Source: a virus (Duplodnaviria; Caudoviricetes). Taken from it: a stretch of DNA of 64,000 nucleotides. Position 1 is the stretch's first letter. Each line of letters starts with the position of its first letter. The stretch lies in the IMG/VR virus record IMGVR_UViG_3300002930_000508, positions 4,482 through 68,481 of that record; one strand, given 5' to 3'. Below, in pieces: positions 18,034 to 27,591 of the stretch. The translations under genes were made by a program, and so were the position numbers. The notes beneath the pieces are model-generated. The model worked only from the letters and a program-made list of their open reading frames with translations. It ran no database searches and was not told where the DNA came from.

Positions 18034-20896
18034 CGGCTGAATCTATTGGTCTGCAAATGTGCATGGCGTTAACCCGCATAGTCGGACCACGAGTCTTAGC
18101 TAGCATGTCTTTCTTTCTGCCAGTAGTTACCTTGTAGTTCGGTAGCTTCTCAAGGGCTTCTTTGAAATCTTTGTAGCCAAAACTCATAGAAACACAATGC
18201 TGTTTAAGTAACTGCTCTTCAATAAAGTAGTCAATGTGCCCCGGTGTGAAACCTTTTTCTACACGCCCTGCAATATCAGATCGGGTAAGCGACTCATCAA
18301 TTACGCCATCAGAGCCGAAGCTAGAATCAATCTTGCCTTCTATGGTTCTCTTAACCATAATAAATTTACCAAAGCGCTCACGAGTATAGGCATTCAACAC
18401 ATCTTCAGCCGTACGCTCACTACTGTGGATAATCCCACGAGCGCTGTATACCATCAAGCGCAAGACTTCTACGATCGGTTTAACTGGAATGTCGATGATG
18501 TTGGCATACTTTTTACCAAGCAGTTGCACAATGGCAACGATACAACTATTGCCTGCCGTCCAGTACCGCTCATCTTCGTTGGACTCAAACTCTACCTTTA
18601 GCTTGGCTTTGGTTTCTTCCAATACTTGCTTGGCAACATCTCTGTTCTTAACTATCCAACGGATTAACTCACGCCCTGCTACGCCAAAGTTCTTTTTAAG
18701 TAGCGACAAGGCTTCTGCTTCTTCGGATGTCCAGCTTAGCTTGCGGTTCATCTGCAGTTCAAGAATACGGAACATCTCAGCCTGTGATGCGTGTTTACGA
18801 GCGCCTGATAAAAAGTCCATGACGTGCGTATTGGATGAGAAAAGAACCAGCAGTTTCCATGTAGTGTCGTTAATACGCTCTTCGTTAGACCCCTGCTTCA
18901 TGCGGTCTTTGCCCTTACCCTGCGTTAAATCTAGCAAGAACTCAGGCAACCACTCGAAGTCATCACGGCTCTTATTGGTAGTCTCGTCAATAATAAACGG
19001 CAAGCTATTCAATAAACCCTGACGCTGTTGCGATGCAACAATAGATGTGCTCTGTGTTACACGATACCGCTCAGGATGACCAAAGAAACTAGCCGCTAAT
19101 TCAAGCGCTAAAGACTTGCCCATACCGGATTTCGAAGAGCCCAGATGGTATACACAACCGTTATAGCCTGTGAAATCCATCAATATAGAAGCTGGACCGA
19201 CTAAAGACATAGCTAAAACCTGCCACTCGCCCTTAGCTACCAGCATATTAAAGACCTTCTTCCAGTTATCTAGCGTGCCAGTTGGCTTAGTAGATTGGTT
19301 GATGTTTTCCAGCGCTGGGGTCGGTACATAGATTTCTGTGCCATCGGTTGAGAAGATACGGCTGTTATATACAAAGGTCTCGTTCTCTTGCCAGCCACAA
19401 CTACTTGGTATAGGTACCGCTCGCTTGTTAGCGCTAATAAACTCCACGCAACCACGCACATAATCAAACAAATGCCTGTCGTTACCAGCGCCAAAGGCGG
19501 CGATGATGTTTTGATTGGCTAACGCTTTAACGGTTTCTTCTTTACTAACGATGGATTTCTGTGGAATTAACACATCAATCGCACCATCAGGTCTAAAAGC
19601 CATTAGGTGAACGATGTGATCTCCTTTATTATTAAGAATATCTACTGCGAACAAATCGTAGGGGAGAAGCATTACTTGCTTGCGTGACTTAGTACCCTGT
19701 TCGTCCTCTACAAGTCTGTCCATAAACACACCACCACTAGCGCCAAACGCAAATCCTTTAGGGGGAGTTGGGCGTGTAATCTTAACTGGCTCGTTTTCAT
19801 CGTTCAGATTGGCGGCGATTTCTTTCTCTTGTACTCGGTCGATTACAACTTCTTTTGGAGCGTTATCTACTTTAATTTCCCGCCCTAGCATGAGGGGGGT
19901 AGTGATCTTGCCATAGTGCGGGCACTTTTCGCAGATGCCGGGGTTTGCCTCGTCTAGCTTAAGGCATTTATATGGGCCTTTGATGGCATTCCATTTAGTG
20001 TTGTGGCGGTCTAAATCATAGGGGTGCATAGCCGATAAAGCCAAGCCTTCTTCCACCCCGTCAGCGCATGATTTAGCTAGGCTGAGGATACCTCGCCACA
20101 AGGGTTCCATGCCGTCTTCGGTAGCATGTTCTTTGTAATGGTTGATCTGCCCACAAGTTGTGATGTTTTTAAAGAACGTAACGCTGTTCTCCATTAGCTT
20201 TACGCTATTGGCATTAGGGGCTAATTTAGGGCGGTTTCCGGGCAGTTGCAGGGCTGGTAGGTCTTCGTATGCCGCAACCCCAATCGCTTCTCTAAGGTGC
20301 TCGGCAAGGGCACCAAAATCAAATATATCGCCTTGTACCTTAATGACAACCTTACGGGGTGTTTCTTGCTTATAGTTGTGTGTATCAGGTACACGTAGGA
20401 TTCGGGCGGCATCGCCAGTTACCGAGGCGTCGATGTTAAAGCCTTCTTTCTTGCACAGCCGCTTTAAGTTCTCAGCAACAGGTTTCCAAGTAGAAATATC
20501 AACTTCTTCGGCAAATGGAAAATACACATGCAAGCCCCCACCGCTAGAGATAATCCACGGATTACCAAGCAAGTCTAAACCTGTGCCGATTAAAAACTTA
20601 TCTAGCGCATCAGCCGCAGCTTTCTTATTTTTGTAGTCTTTGCCTTCTCCACAATCTATATCCAAAAACAACGACTTGATCTTTACTGCGTTATCAGCAA
20701 GGCGTTTCTTCTCGTCATTAAATGTAGCGAGTGCATAAAATGTGTTGTACTTTTTCTCGTCAAACTGTATAGCGGCGCTATACAACTCTTCAATCGTATT
20801 TACAAATACGTGTTCTTTTTTAGCTGTGCTAATTTCTACGGCGCAATAAACACCCGAAGTCGGTAGCACAGTCGCTAGGAATTCCTGCGACGTCAT
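18020..20896 (-). CDS. Primase-helicase (RepB/AEP-like primase plus DUF927-type P-loop domain)
   Basis: LFLDIDC, SSGGGLHVY and DAARILRVP primase motifs; Cys cluster CLKL..CEKC; Walker A GSSKSGMGKS; FIIDE. Confidence 0.85.
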   Translation of the reverse strand: MTSQEFLATVLPTSGVYCAVEISTAKKEHVFVNTIEELYSAAIQFDEKKYNTFYALATFNDEKKRLADNAVKIKSLFLDIDCGEGKDYKNKKAAADALDKFLIGTGLDLLGNPWIISSGGGLHVYFPFAEEVDISTWKPVAENLKRLCKKEGFNIDASVTGDAARILRVPDTHNYKQETPRKVVIKVQGDIFDFGALAEHLREAIGVAAYEDLPALQLPGNRPKLAPNANSVKLMENSVTFFKNITTCGQINHYKEHATEDGMEPLWRGILSLAKSCADGVEEGLALSAMHPYDLDRHNTKWNAIKGPYKCLKLDEANPGICEKCPHYGKITTPLMLGREIKVDNAPKEVVIDRVQEKEIAANLNDENEPVKITRPTPPKGFAFGASGGVFMDRLVEDEQGTKSRKQVMLLPYDLFAVDILNNKGDHIVHLMAFRPDGAIDVLIPQKSIVSKEETVKALANQNIIAAFGAGNDRHLFDYVRGCVEFISANKRAVPIPSSCGWQENETFVYNSRIFSTDGTEIYVPTPALENINQSTKPTGTLDNWKKVFNMLVAKGEWQVLAMSLVGPASILMDFTGYNGCVYHLGSSKSGMGKSLALELAASFFGHPERYRVTQSTSIVASQQRQGLLNSLPFIIDETTNKSRDDFEWLPEFLLDLTQGKGKDRMKQGSNEERINDTTWKLLVLFSSNTHVMDFLSGARKHASQAEMFRILELQMNRKLSWTSEEAEALSLLKKNFGVAGRELIRWIVKNRDVAKQVLEETKAKLKVEFESNEDERYWTAGNSCIVAIVQLLGKKYANIIDIPVKPIVEVLRLMVYSARGIIHSSERTAEDVLNAYTRERFGKFIMVKRTIEGKIDSSFGSDGVIDESLTRSDIAGRVEKGFTPGHIDYFIEEQLLKQHCVSMSFGYKDFKEALEKLPNYKVTTGRKKDMLAKTRGPTMRVNAMHICRPIDSADEED

Positions 20897-20911
20897 GTGA
20901 AACCTTTCGAG

Positions 20912-21079
20912 TTAATAACTGCGGGTGAGTACTATTTTGTCAGCAAAGCGGCGAACTAATTCTTTTTGGAAACTTATTGGTAAACCCTGTACATACACAT
21001 ACGCTTCACAAAAGCGCAACAGTTCAAGATCACTAAGAGTCGGTGGGTAAATCGGAGTTTCTATTTGTTCTTTAAGCAT
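20912..21079 (-). CDS. Hypothetical protein (55 aa), not in the ORF track
   Basis: Translated by hand as MLKEQIETPIYPPTLSDLELLRF...LTRSY; fills the gap between the HTH gene and the primase. Confidence 0.6.
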   Translation of the reverse strand: MLKEQIETPIYPPTLSDLELLRFCEAYVYVQGLPISFQKELVRRFADKIVLTRSY

Positions 21080-21327
21080 TGTCTTAGTGCCTCTTCGGAT
21101 GTCTTGCTAGATTGGAGTATGTTCAACAAGGACTGCACACGCATCTTATATGCGTTGGTTACTTCAGTTCCACTAAACCAGTTGTATACAGTTTGTCTTG
21201 TTGCGCCTGTGAATTTTGCTACTTCTATTACTGGGAAATCTAAATGGATAGCCCAGCGCCCTAGCTGGTTGCCCAGCGTCTTGGGTGCATTCTTCGTTGT
21301 GTTTTTAATCTCTTCTGAATAAGCCAT
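21061..21327 (-). CDS. XRE/Cro-like HTH DNA-binding protein
   Basis: VIEVAKFTGATRQTVYNWFSG helix-turn-helix. Confidence 0.75.
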   Translation of the reverse strand: MAYSEEIKNTTKNAPKTLGNQLGRWAIHLDFPVIEVAKFTGATRQTVYNWFSGTEVTNAYKMRVQSLLNILQSSKTSEEALRQCLKNK

Positions 21328-21342
21328 ATTGTTCTCGTTATA

Positions 21343-21431
21343 TTGGGGTGGGGGTACTAGTGTCGTGTTTAAAACATGTGAAGGATACAGGCTATTTAAA
21401 GTCGCCGAGCCGACTCACACGTTCCCCCCAA
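21343..21431 (-). ncRNA. Candidate structured intergenic RNA
   Basis: 9-bp helix AACGUGUGA/UCACAUGUU enclosing a GUCG/CGAC hairpin; outer G-run/C-run pairing; possible GGCU/AGCC pseudoknot. Confidence 0.35.
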
Positions 21432-21434
21432 AAC

Positions 21435-21734
21435 TTACTCGCCTGTTAGGTCATATCGTACATCGCCTTCAGTTTCATCTAAAAACTTTTTGCTCTTTAA
21501 CATATACATAGAAGTTAAATCAAATGCCACACCATAAATTTCTTCTGCGCTATCGTCATTGTCGTAATCAAACCTATTTGCTAAAACAAGCATAAATTCT
21601 TTAATCATTTGCTGACGCTTTACCTCTTTTCGCATAGCAGGGTGGTTATATATTTTAGATTGCAGTTCGTTTTCTCGTTGCTTTGCATCTATTCGAGCGT
21701 TTCTTTCTTCAACCATTTGTTTTCTTGTAGCCAT
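21435..21734 (-). CDS. Hypothetical protein (99 aa)
   Basis: ORF with AAGGA RBS within the leftward operon. Confidence 0.65.
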   Translation of the reverse strand: MATRKQMVEERNARIDAKQRENELQSKIYNHPAMRKEVKRQQMIKEFMLVLANRFDYDNDDSAEEIYGVAFDLTSMYMLKSKKFLDETEGDVRYDLTGE

Positions 21735-21784
21735 TTCTATTTCCTTTTAATTTGGTTAGTTGGGGGCAAAGCCCCCTTGTTTAC

Positions 21785-22681
21785 TTACTCGTCGTCCCAC
21801 TCATCAACGGTAGCGGCTAAGCTACTCGTCTTCTTGGCTGGTACTGCGGTTGCCTTAACTGCTGGCTTGCGCTTCTCAGGCTCATCAAACGACTCGGCTT
21901 CTGCCTCAACTGGTGCGGCTTTAGCTTTTGGCTTAGCACCCTCGAGGGCTAGCGGAGCATCTACTTTCTTAGCCACGCTCATTGTGATAGCGTTCTTAGC
22001 TGGTGCAGATGTGCCTTTCTCTACTGCTACTGCGTACTCATCATCCTCTAACCAACGTAACGGTTGGAAGAACAACTTGGGTACTGCGGCTTTTGTATCA
22101 AAACGTAGACGTGTTACGAGTGTCTCAGGGTTGATGTTCTGTGCCGCAAGATAGCGAGCATAGGCTTGTAGCGGACGCTTATCGCCTTCTTCTTTACCGA
22201 AGATTGATGTAGCGGCTAGGGTTAACTGCATTACATCACCACTAATATCGTTGGCTAACACTACTGCAAGCCGTTGTGAAAAACGGCAAGCCTTGGATTC
22301 GCCCTGACCTGAGCCCTTAACATTCATCGGGCATGATGCGCAATTTGATGCTTGTGGCTCATCAATACTAGCATCAGGTGTTTCGCCATCAGCAGACCAG
22401 CAATTAGGTGCTGAGGTGTTGCCCTCTTCGTATGTGCCAGCGTAGTATGTACGACTGATTTTTGGTGCGGCATTAACGATAACAACATCAAGGTGGCGAT
22501 CATCAATAGAGGTAATCTCCTTGCCATCAGCCATCAAACGGAATACACCGCCCTTGATAGAAATACGTTTGCCACCGCCACCGATACCGCCCCCTGCGAG
22601 GCTCTTGGCTAGTGATGATAATTCACCTTTGCGTGCAAAGGATGGTGCTTGTGTTGCATTAAAGTTGGCTAGTTCGCCCAT
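21785..22681 (-). CDS. Putative single-stranded DNA-binding protein
   Basis: 298 aa; CW...CASC...C cysteine cluster; acidic aromatic C-terminus VDEWDDE; lies in the replication cluster. Confidence 0.6.
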   Translation of the reverse strand: MGELANFNATQAPSFARKGELSSLAKSLAGGGIGGGGKRISIKGGVFRLMADGKEITSIDDRHLDVVIVNAAPKISRTYYAGTYEEGNTSAPNCWSADGETPDASIDEPQASNCASCPMNVKGSGQGESKACRFSQRLAVVLANDISGDVMQLTLAATSIFGKEEGDKRPLQAYARYLAAQNINPETLVTRLRFDTKAAVPKLFFQPLRWLEDDEYAVAVEKGTSAPAKNAITMSVAKKVDAPLALEGAKPKAKAAPVEAEAESFDEPEKRKPAVKATAVPAKKTSSLAATVDEWDDE

Positions 22682-22691
22682 GTTACTGCTC

Positions 22692-23102
22692 CTATTTGGT
22701 TGGTTTACGTACTGTTACTGCATACTCAGACATCGAGTTGAGTCCGGCTGGTACTGCACCGGGGTTCTCTTCTAAAAACATAGACATATTCTTTTGCGAT
22801 ATGCGCTTTTCAAATAAGTCTAGTGCATCATGCTCCACAACAAACGTCTTAAATGAATCCCAGTCATCTGTGTAGTAGCGTGTTTTTTGTGACAAGATAA
22901 TCGTGCCTTCATCTGTGCGCACTGAGTTGCTACCCAATGCCAACATCTGATCTTTCATGGCGTTCTTAATCTCGTCTTGCTTCGCTTTAAGTTCTTCAAT
23001 CTGACTCTCGTATTCTTTGGTCAGTTCTTGAACCTTGGAGTATATCTTACGATACACACGGGCTAGTTTATCTAGCGGTATTGCTTCATCTTCGTTTGGC
23101 AT
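22692..23102 (-). CDS. Hypothetical coiled-coil replication-cluster protein
   Basis: Start reassigned to MPNEDE at 23102 (AAGGAG RBS and promoter upstream). Confidence 0.7.
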   Translation of the reverse strand: MPNEDEAIPLDKLARVYRKIYSKVQELTKEYESQIEELKAKQDEIKNAMKDQMLALGSNSVRTDEGTIILSQKTRYYTDDWDSFKTFVVEHDALDLFEKRISQKNMSMFLEENPGAVPAGLNSMSEYAVTVRKPTK

Positions 23103-23123
23103 TTTTATGCTCCTTTGTAAAAG

Positions 23124-23152
23124 ATTATACATCATTACAGATGCTTTGTAAC
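23124..23152 (-). promoter_or_regulatory. Sigma70-like promoter
   Basis: GTTACA-17bp-TATAAT on the minus strand, followed by AAGGAG. Confidence 0.6.
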
Positions 23153-23169
23153 CCGATATAGGGTTTTCC

Positions 23170-24729
23170 TTATGAAATAATTTCCTCCTTATAAAGACTT
23201 AATAGAATGTCATGCCCTGCAACACGCTTCTCTAACTGCTTGAACATTTTCTTTTCTATCTCGCTACCTTGCAAGTGTATCACGGTTACGTTGGTGGACG
23301 TCTGCCCGATGCGGTCTGCCCGAGCAATACATTGTAAATACGTCTCTACCGACATTACAGGGCCATAAAACACCACAGTATCGGCGGCTGTTAAGGTTAC
23401 ACCATGCGATGCAGCTTGCGGTTGCACAACCAGTATGCGAGGCTCAGGCATCGTTTGAAAGCGCTTGAATATATCGGTTCGTTTATTTACCGACACATCG
23501 CCATGAATAACTTCGCTCGCAATACCACGTTTTACCAAGAAGTTGTTGATTGTTTCAATGCTATGCCTAAATGGTGCAAACACAATCACTTTACGGCTTG
23601 TTTCTTCCAATACTTCAAGTAGTACATTTAACCTAGGCATACAGTCAAATTCTACTACTTCGTGATCATCGGTATACGCTGCGCCTGCGGAAATTTGTAA
23701 TAGCTTTGATACACCCGCCGCCGCATTAACTGCAGTAATGGTTTCTCCCGATGCCTGCATAACCATCTTATCTTTTAACAAGCGGTAGTACTTAACTTGC
23801 TGGGGTGTTAGCGGTATCTCTCGGGTCTCAGTTAATACTGGCGGTAAGTCGGTACACTCTTCTTTTGTATAACGTATTGCTGGCTGAAGTGCATCAAATA
23901 CCGCTTGTGCCGCACCTGATTTTGGTACCCACTTAAACTTAGTTAGCTTAGCCATTACCTTGTCACGCCATGCAGTAGCGAATTTCGGTACACCTGAAGG
24001 GTTCACTAGCTTAGCCAAACCATAAGCATCCACAGGCGATTGCGCAGAAGGTGTACCAGTCATCATCCATAACATGGTGTCAGGCTTGAGAATTTTGTTA
24101 AGGGACTTCCATCGTTTTGTTGACGGGTTTTTGTATGCGTTAGCTTCGTCTACGATAACCAAATCAAACTTGCCGTTGGCAACGACTTCCTCAGCGATTA
24201 GATTTAAGCCATCGTAGTTCACCACAACAAACTCGTAGTCACCTTGTACCATCTCAATACGTCTTGATGCCTGAGTATGATGCGCCGCTACTACTGAGCG
24301 GTGAATGATGCTTTTACCAAAACTACTTACCCAAGCGTCGTGCATGATAGATAGCGGACATAGAATCAAACAACGGCGCACTTGCCCTAGCTTCATTAGA
24401 TAATCAGCCGCCCACAATGCTGAGAACGTCTTGCCAGTACCGGGGTCATTAAACACAAACGCTCTACGATTGATTGTCAGGAAAGATGCGGTGTCGATCT
24501 GATGGGCAAAGGGTTTATACCTACCGGGCCAAGGGTACTTGGCTTCAATCGGTGATGGTATGTTTTTAACACCTAGGTTGCGGAGCACACGCACTTCATC
24601 TAACCCCCAATACACCGCCACTTCAAACGTGCCGTTCTCTTCGCTTACGACTTTGCTTCTTGGAATGATGCTGTACTTGTCGGGGTTGCGTGTCTTAAAC
24701 AGCAACGCTTTGTTTTCTATGATTTGCAT
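23170..24729 (-). CDS. SNF2-family (SF2) helicase
   Basis: DPGTGKT, IVDEA, MTGTP, QPQAASHGVTLT and QCIARADRIGQ motifs. Confidence 0.92.
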   Translation of the reverse strand: MQIIENKALLFKTRNPDKYSIIPRSKVVSEENGTFEVAVYWGLDEVRVLRNLGVKNIPSPIEAKYPWPGRYKPFAHQIDTASFLTINRRAFVFNDPGTGKTFSALWAADYLMKLGQVRRCLILCPLSIMHDAWVSSFGKSIIHRSVVAAHHTQASRRIEMVQGDYEFVVVNYDGLNLIAEEVVANGKFDLVIVDEANAYKNPSTKRWKSLNKILKPDTMLWMMTGTPSAQSPVDAYGLAKLVNPSGVPKFATAWRDKVMAKLTKFKWVPKSGAAQAVFDALQPAIRYTKEECTDLPPVLTETREIPLTPQQVKYYRLLKDKMVMQASGETITAVNAAAGVSKLLQISAGAAYTDDHEVVEFDCMPRLNVLLEVLEETSRKVIVFAPFRHSIETINNFLVKRGIASEVIHGDVSVNKRTDIFKRFQTMPEPRILVVQPQAASHGVTLTAADTVVFYGPVMSVETYLQCIARADRIGQTSTNVTVIHLQGSEIEKKMFKQLEKRVAGHDILLSLYKEEIIS

Positions 24730-25076
24730 TAGTCTATGATCTCGTAAGTGTCGTTTGCTTTGTCGTACTTCATGCGGTTAGCCCACCATAAACGGTTGCC
24801 AATCTCCCACATAAGTACATCTTGCTCTCGTGTTTCAACCGCTGGTACTGCTCCGTCACCGTATTTAATAATCCACATGTTTACGCACGCTTCGATTGGT
24901 AAATCTTTTGCTTCTGTGGTGTATTCGTGTGCATCTACTTTTCTTTTCATTAGTGGTAGCCCTCGTTCGTCAAACTCTGCTCCATAAGGTCTCTTACGTA
25001 CCCATTTCTCGGGAGCGTATACTGCTCTTGGGTCAGTCCAACCCCCAAACTGATACCTTTCTGTACTAACTTTCAT
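24729..25076 (-). CDS. Hypothetical protein, paralog of the adjacent ORF
   Basis: C-terminal PIEACVNMW...RLWWAN...YEIID. Confidence 0.65.
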   Translation of the reverse strand: MKVSTERYQFGGWTDPRAVYAPEKWVRKRPYGAEFDERGLPLMKRKVDAHEYTTEAKDLPIEACVNMWIIKYGDGAVPAVETREQDVLMWEIGNRLWWANRMKYDKANDTYEIID

Positions 25077-25447
25077 TCAATGATCCTATACACGGCGGTG
25101 TACTGGTTAGCTAGGTTGTGCTTTTCTAATTTATTCGCCCCTACCAACCTAATCAAAGCTAAGCGCCAAAAGTCATCGCTTATAAAGTCTTTTTCATTAA
25201 CCCATTCTCCTTGCCAACGCATTGTCCACATGTCTACCAGTGCAGATAGTGGCGCCTTCATAGCCTCATGGTGTAAGTCTTGTTCGTTTAGGGTTTTGGT
25301 GTGTAAGGACGAACGATTTTCCCACGTACCTGTAATAGTGGTTGAGTTAACGTTGTTTGCGTTTAGTGTGACGCCTGTGTTTGTACTTGTTATTTTTTGT
25401 CTTTCGTACACCAATGCGTCAGCATAAGCCTCGTCTGATATGCCCAT
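25073..25447 (-). CDS. Hypothetical protein, paralog of the adjacent ORF
   Basis: C-terminal PLSALVDMW...RLVGAN...YRIIE. Confidence 0.65.
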   Translation of the reverse strand: MGISDEAYADALVYERQKITSTNTGVTLNANNVNSTTITGTWENRSSLHTKTLNEQDLHHEAMKAPLSALVDMWTMRWQGEWVNEKDFISDDFWRLALIRLVGANKLEKHNLANQYTAVYRIIE

Positions 25448-25704
25448 TATTTTATTGCCCCCTTAGCTGTTCGTTTGTATGAGCGGTTCTTGCTGGCTGG
25501 TTCGGCTCTAAGGTTAGAGCGAGTTGTTGTACCGCCTTTGCTTAGTGGTTTCTTGTGATCAATATCAAGCCCGTCGCCTTTATGCACAATGCCCTCACGC
25601 TCCATGATTCTTCTAGCCTTATTACGCTCTGCCCTTCTTTTTTTTATTTCGGGAGTCCCATCATAATTTAAATACTCCTGACGATAATTACGTTTAGTTG
25701 CCAT
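25447..25704 (-). CDS. Small HNH endonuclease
   Basis: DIDHKKPLSKGG...SNLR...KN. Confidence 0.85.
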   Translation of the reverse strand: MATKRNYRQEYLNYDGTPEIKKRRAERNKARRIMEREGIVHKGDGLDIDHKKPLSKGGTTTRSNLRAEPASKNRSYKRTAKGAIK

Positions 25705-26206
25705 AGCTGTTTCCTTTACTTGAATTCTCTGATTTCGTTAATAGTTGCAAATTAGTATGCACATGTAAACCTGATACGCTTTTGCCTCGTAACGGAATAA
25801 TGTGGTCAACTTCTAGGTTACTACGTAATGCTTCAACATAAAACTGCTTTATTAATTCTTTGTCTGCCCACAATGGAGTAGCCTGCCTTATTTTTCTACG
25901 CCGCATAGCAGTGGATAAGTTAACCCTGTCTTTGTTTTCTTTTTTCCATTTGCGATGTAGCTCTTCGTACTTATGCTTATTTTTAGCGGTGCTTTTACGA
26001 CTGACTTCTTTTCTTTTTTCGGGGTTTGCTGCTACCCATGCTTTGCCTTTTGCCCTGTGGCGCTCTAAGTTTTTAGCACGCCATTCATCTTTAGTTTTCT
26101 TTTGACAGATTTTGCAGTAGTTGCGATGCCCGTCTTTGCATGTGGGCGCTAAAGAGAAAAGCGTAATATCTTTCTCGCAAAGGCACCGTACACAAGTCTT
26201 TAACAT
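25694..26206 (-). CDS. HNH homing endonuclease with N-terminal CxxC zinc finger
   Basis: CVRC...CKIC; EVDHIIPLRGKSVSGLHVHTNLQ...N. Confidence 0.88.
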   Translation of the reverse strand: MLKTCVRCLCEKDITLFSLAPTCKDGHRNYCKICQKKTKDEWRAKNLERHRAKGKAWVAANPEKRKEVSRKSTAKNKHKYEELHRKWKKENKDRVNLSTAMRRRKIRQATPLWADKELIKQFYVEALRSNLEVDHIIPLRGKSVSGLHVHTNLQLLTKSENSSKGNSYGN

Positions 26207-26215
26207 CTTTCTCTC

Positions 26216-26878
26216 CTAATGCTTTGGGTTAAATTCACAATTTTTACAAGGACACCAGCCACATAAAGGTGTACTTGTTGGGTTCCAAACATCATTATCG
26301 TAGGATGCGGCTAGTTTTGCTACCCTCTCCCTGTAATGCCACCAATGAAAGTCTTTCTCTTCTACGGTCATCGTTTGTGTGACCATCGAGTTCTTTACAA
26401 CAAATAGCAGAGCAGAGTTAACTTGGCGTATGTGGGGGAAGTGGGCAAACACCATCAAAGACATCAGGGTTAGCTGATCTCGATCGGGGTATTTATTGTT
26501 GCCTGTCTTGTAGTCAACTACCCTAGCTTTAAAGCCATCGTCATCAATAATAAGTAAATCAGCAATACCACGCACCCATACATCAGGGTCGCTAAAAGCA
26601 CAAGGAGTCAAGTCTTCTTTCAATCCCATTTCATGCTCGCATAGTTTGCGTCCTGTTTTTTTAAGTAGTGCGTCCAGCGTAGGCTTCATGAAGTCGTGCT
26701 CAGGTGGTAGTGGTACGTTATCACGTACGTAGTTTTCAGCAGACTCGTGTACTTGCTTGCCATAGATAGTGTGAACTGTGTCTGTGAACGGGTAATTCTT
26801 AAGTACTTTGACTTCGTGGAAACGTCTTGCACAGCCCTCGTAGTCCTTAAGACCTGAGTGTGACCATTTAATTTTCAT
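26216..26878 (-). CDS. PD-(D/E)XK exonuclease (Cas4-like, stand-alone)
   Basis: Start reassigned to MKIKWSHS; RGIADL, VVDYKTG and QLTLM motifs; terminal CGWCPC. Confidence 0.85.
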   Translation of the reverse strand: MKIKWSHSGLKDYEGCARRFHEVKVLKNYPFTDTVHTIYGKQVHESAENYVRDNVPLPPEHDFMKPTLDALLKKTGRKLCEHEMGLKEDLTPCAFSDPDVWVRGIADLLIIDDDGFKARVVDYKTGNNKYPDRDQLTLMSLMVFAHFPHIRQVNSALLFVVKNSMVTQTMTVEEKDFHWWHYRERVAKLAASYDNDVWNPTSTPLCGWCPCKNCEFNPKH

Positions 26879-27080
26879 TGCGGTTTTCTTTCCATCGTTC
26901 AAAAAGTGCGCATACTTTAGAGAAGTCAGAGGTTGATCTATATGCGTTGGAATACTCATACCCAATCGGTACATGTACCCCTGCGTTGTACATAAACAAC
27001 CCATTCTTAATCTCCATAGGAAACCCAGTAATCTCCATTAAAGTCAGCATGCACTGTTCTTCATCAGATAGGGTTAGCAT
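26868..27080 (-). CDS. Hypothetical protein (70 aa)
   Basis: Start reassigned to MLTLSDEEQ; weakly similar to the adjacent ORF. Confidence 0.55.
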   Translation of the reverse strand: MLTLSDEEQCMLTLMEITGFPMEIKNGLFMYNAGVHVPIGYEYSNAYRSTSDFSKVCALFERWKENRNEN

Positions 27081-27285
27081 TGTGTTTAGTCCAAAAGTTA
27101 AATGCTTTGCGTATTGCTTCGTATTCTGTGTCTGCTTTAAACCCGAAATACCCTTTGTCTTTGTGCCATATAGCAACCGAGGTGTACTCTTTTTCTATAT
27201 CAGCGCCTACCATCCAGTCGTTCAGTTTCATCAAATCAACCATAGTCTGTTCTTCAGCACTCCATTGCGGTTCGTAGTAGCCCAT
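27064..27285 (-). CDS. Hypothetical protein (73 aa)
   Basis: Operon-coupled ORF. Confidence 0.6.
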   Translation of the reverse strand: MGYYEPQWSAEEQTMVDLMKLNDWMVGADIEKEYTSVAIWHKDKGYFGFKADTEYEAIRKAFNFWTKHNANPI

Positions 27286-27591
27286 TTAAAACCTCGCAGT
27301 CTTGATAGCCTGATCTAGGCGGTTGGCAAAGGCAGTCACGAACTTCTCGTCATGCGTTAACTTACACCCCATGTCATACAGAATAGCGTGGGTGAGCTCG
27401 TGCCAAAAGGTATTAGCTCGCTCATCCGCGTCATACTTATACTCTCTGAGTGGGTTGCCTTTGGCTAGGGTAATGGTGTGGGTTTCCTCGTCAAAACACC
27501 CATGACATATCTTGTTGCCGACTACTAAACTATCTTTCGTGCGTATCTGGTGGGGGGTATTGCCTATGGTAACTTCTTTAGGTATCTTCAT
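27286..27591 (-). CDS. Small zincin-like (HExxH) protein
   Basis: CHGCFDEETHTITL...TFWHELTHAILYD. Confidence 0.65.
   Translation of the reverse strand: MKIPKEVTIGNTPHQIRTKDSLVVGNKICHGCFDEETHTITLAKGNPLREYKYDADERANTFWHELTHAILYDMGCKLTHDEKFVTAFANRLDQAIKTARF

Noticed and set aside
21381-21415. Resemblance to a pistol ribozyme (5-bp stem, 6-nt loop, UUAAAUAG)
   Set aside because: The complement of the loop (CCGAGC) and the conserved GCGU and GU cleavage context are absent
21609-22154. 181-aa plus-strand ORF
   Set aside because: Antisense shadow of the SSB-like gene
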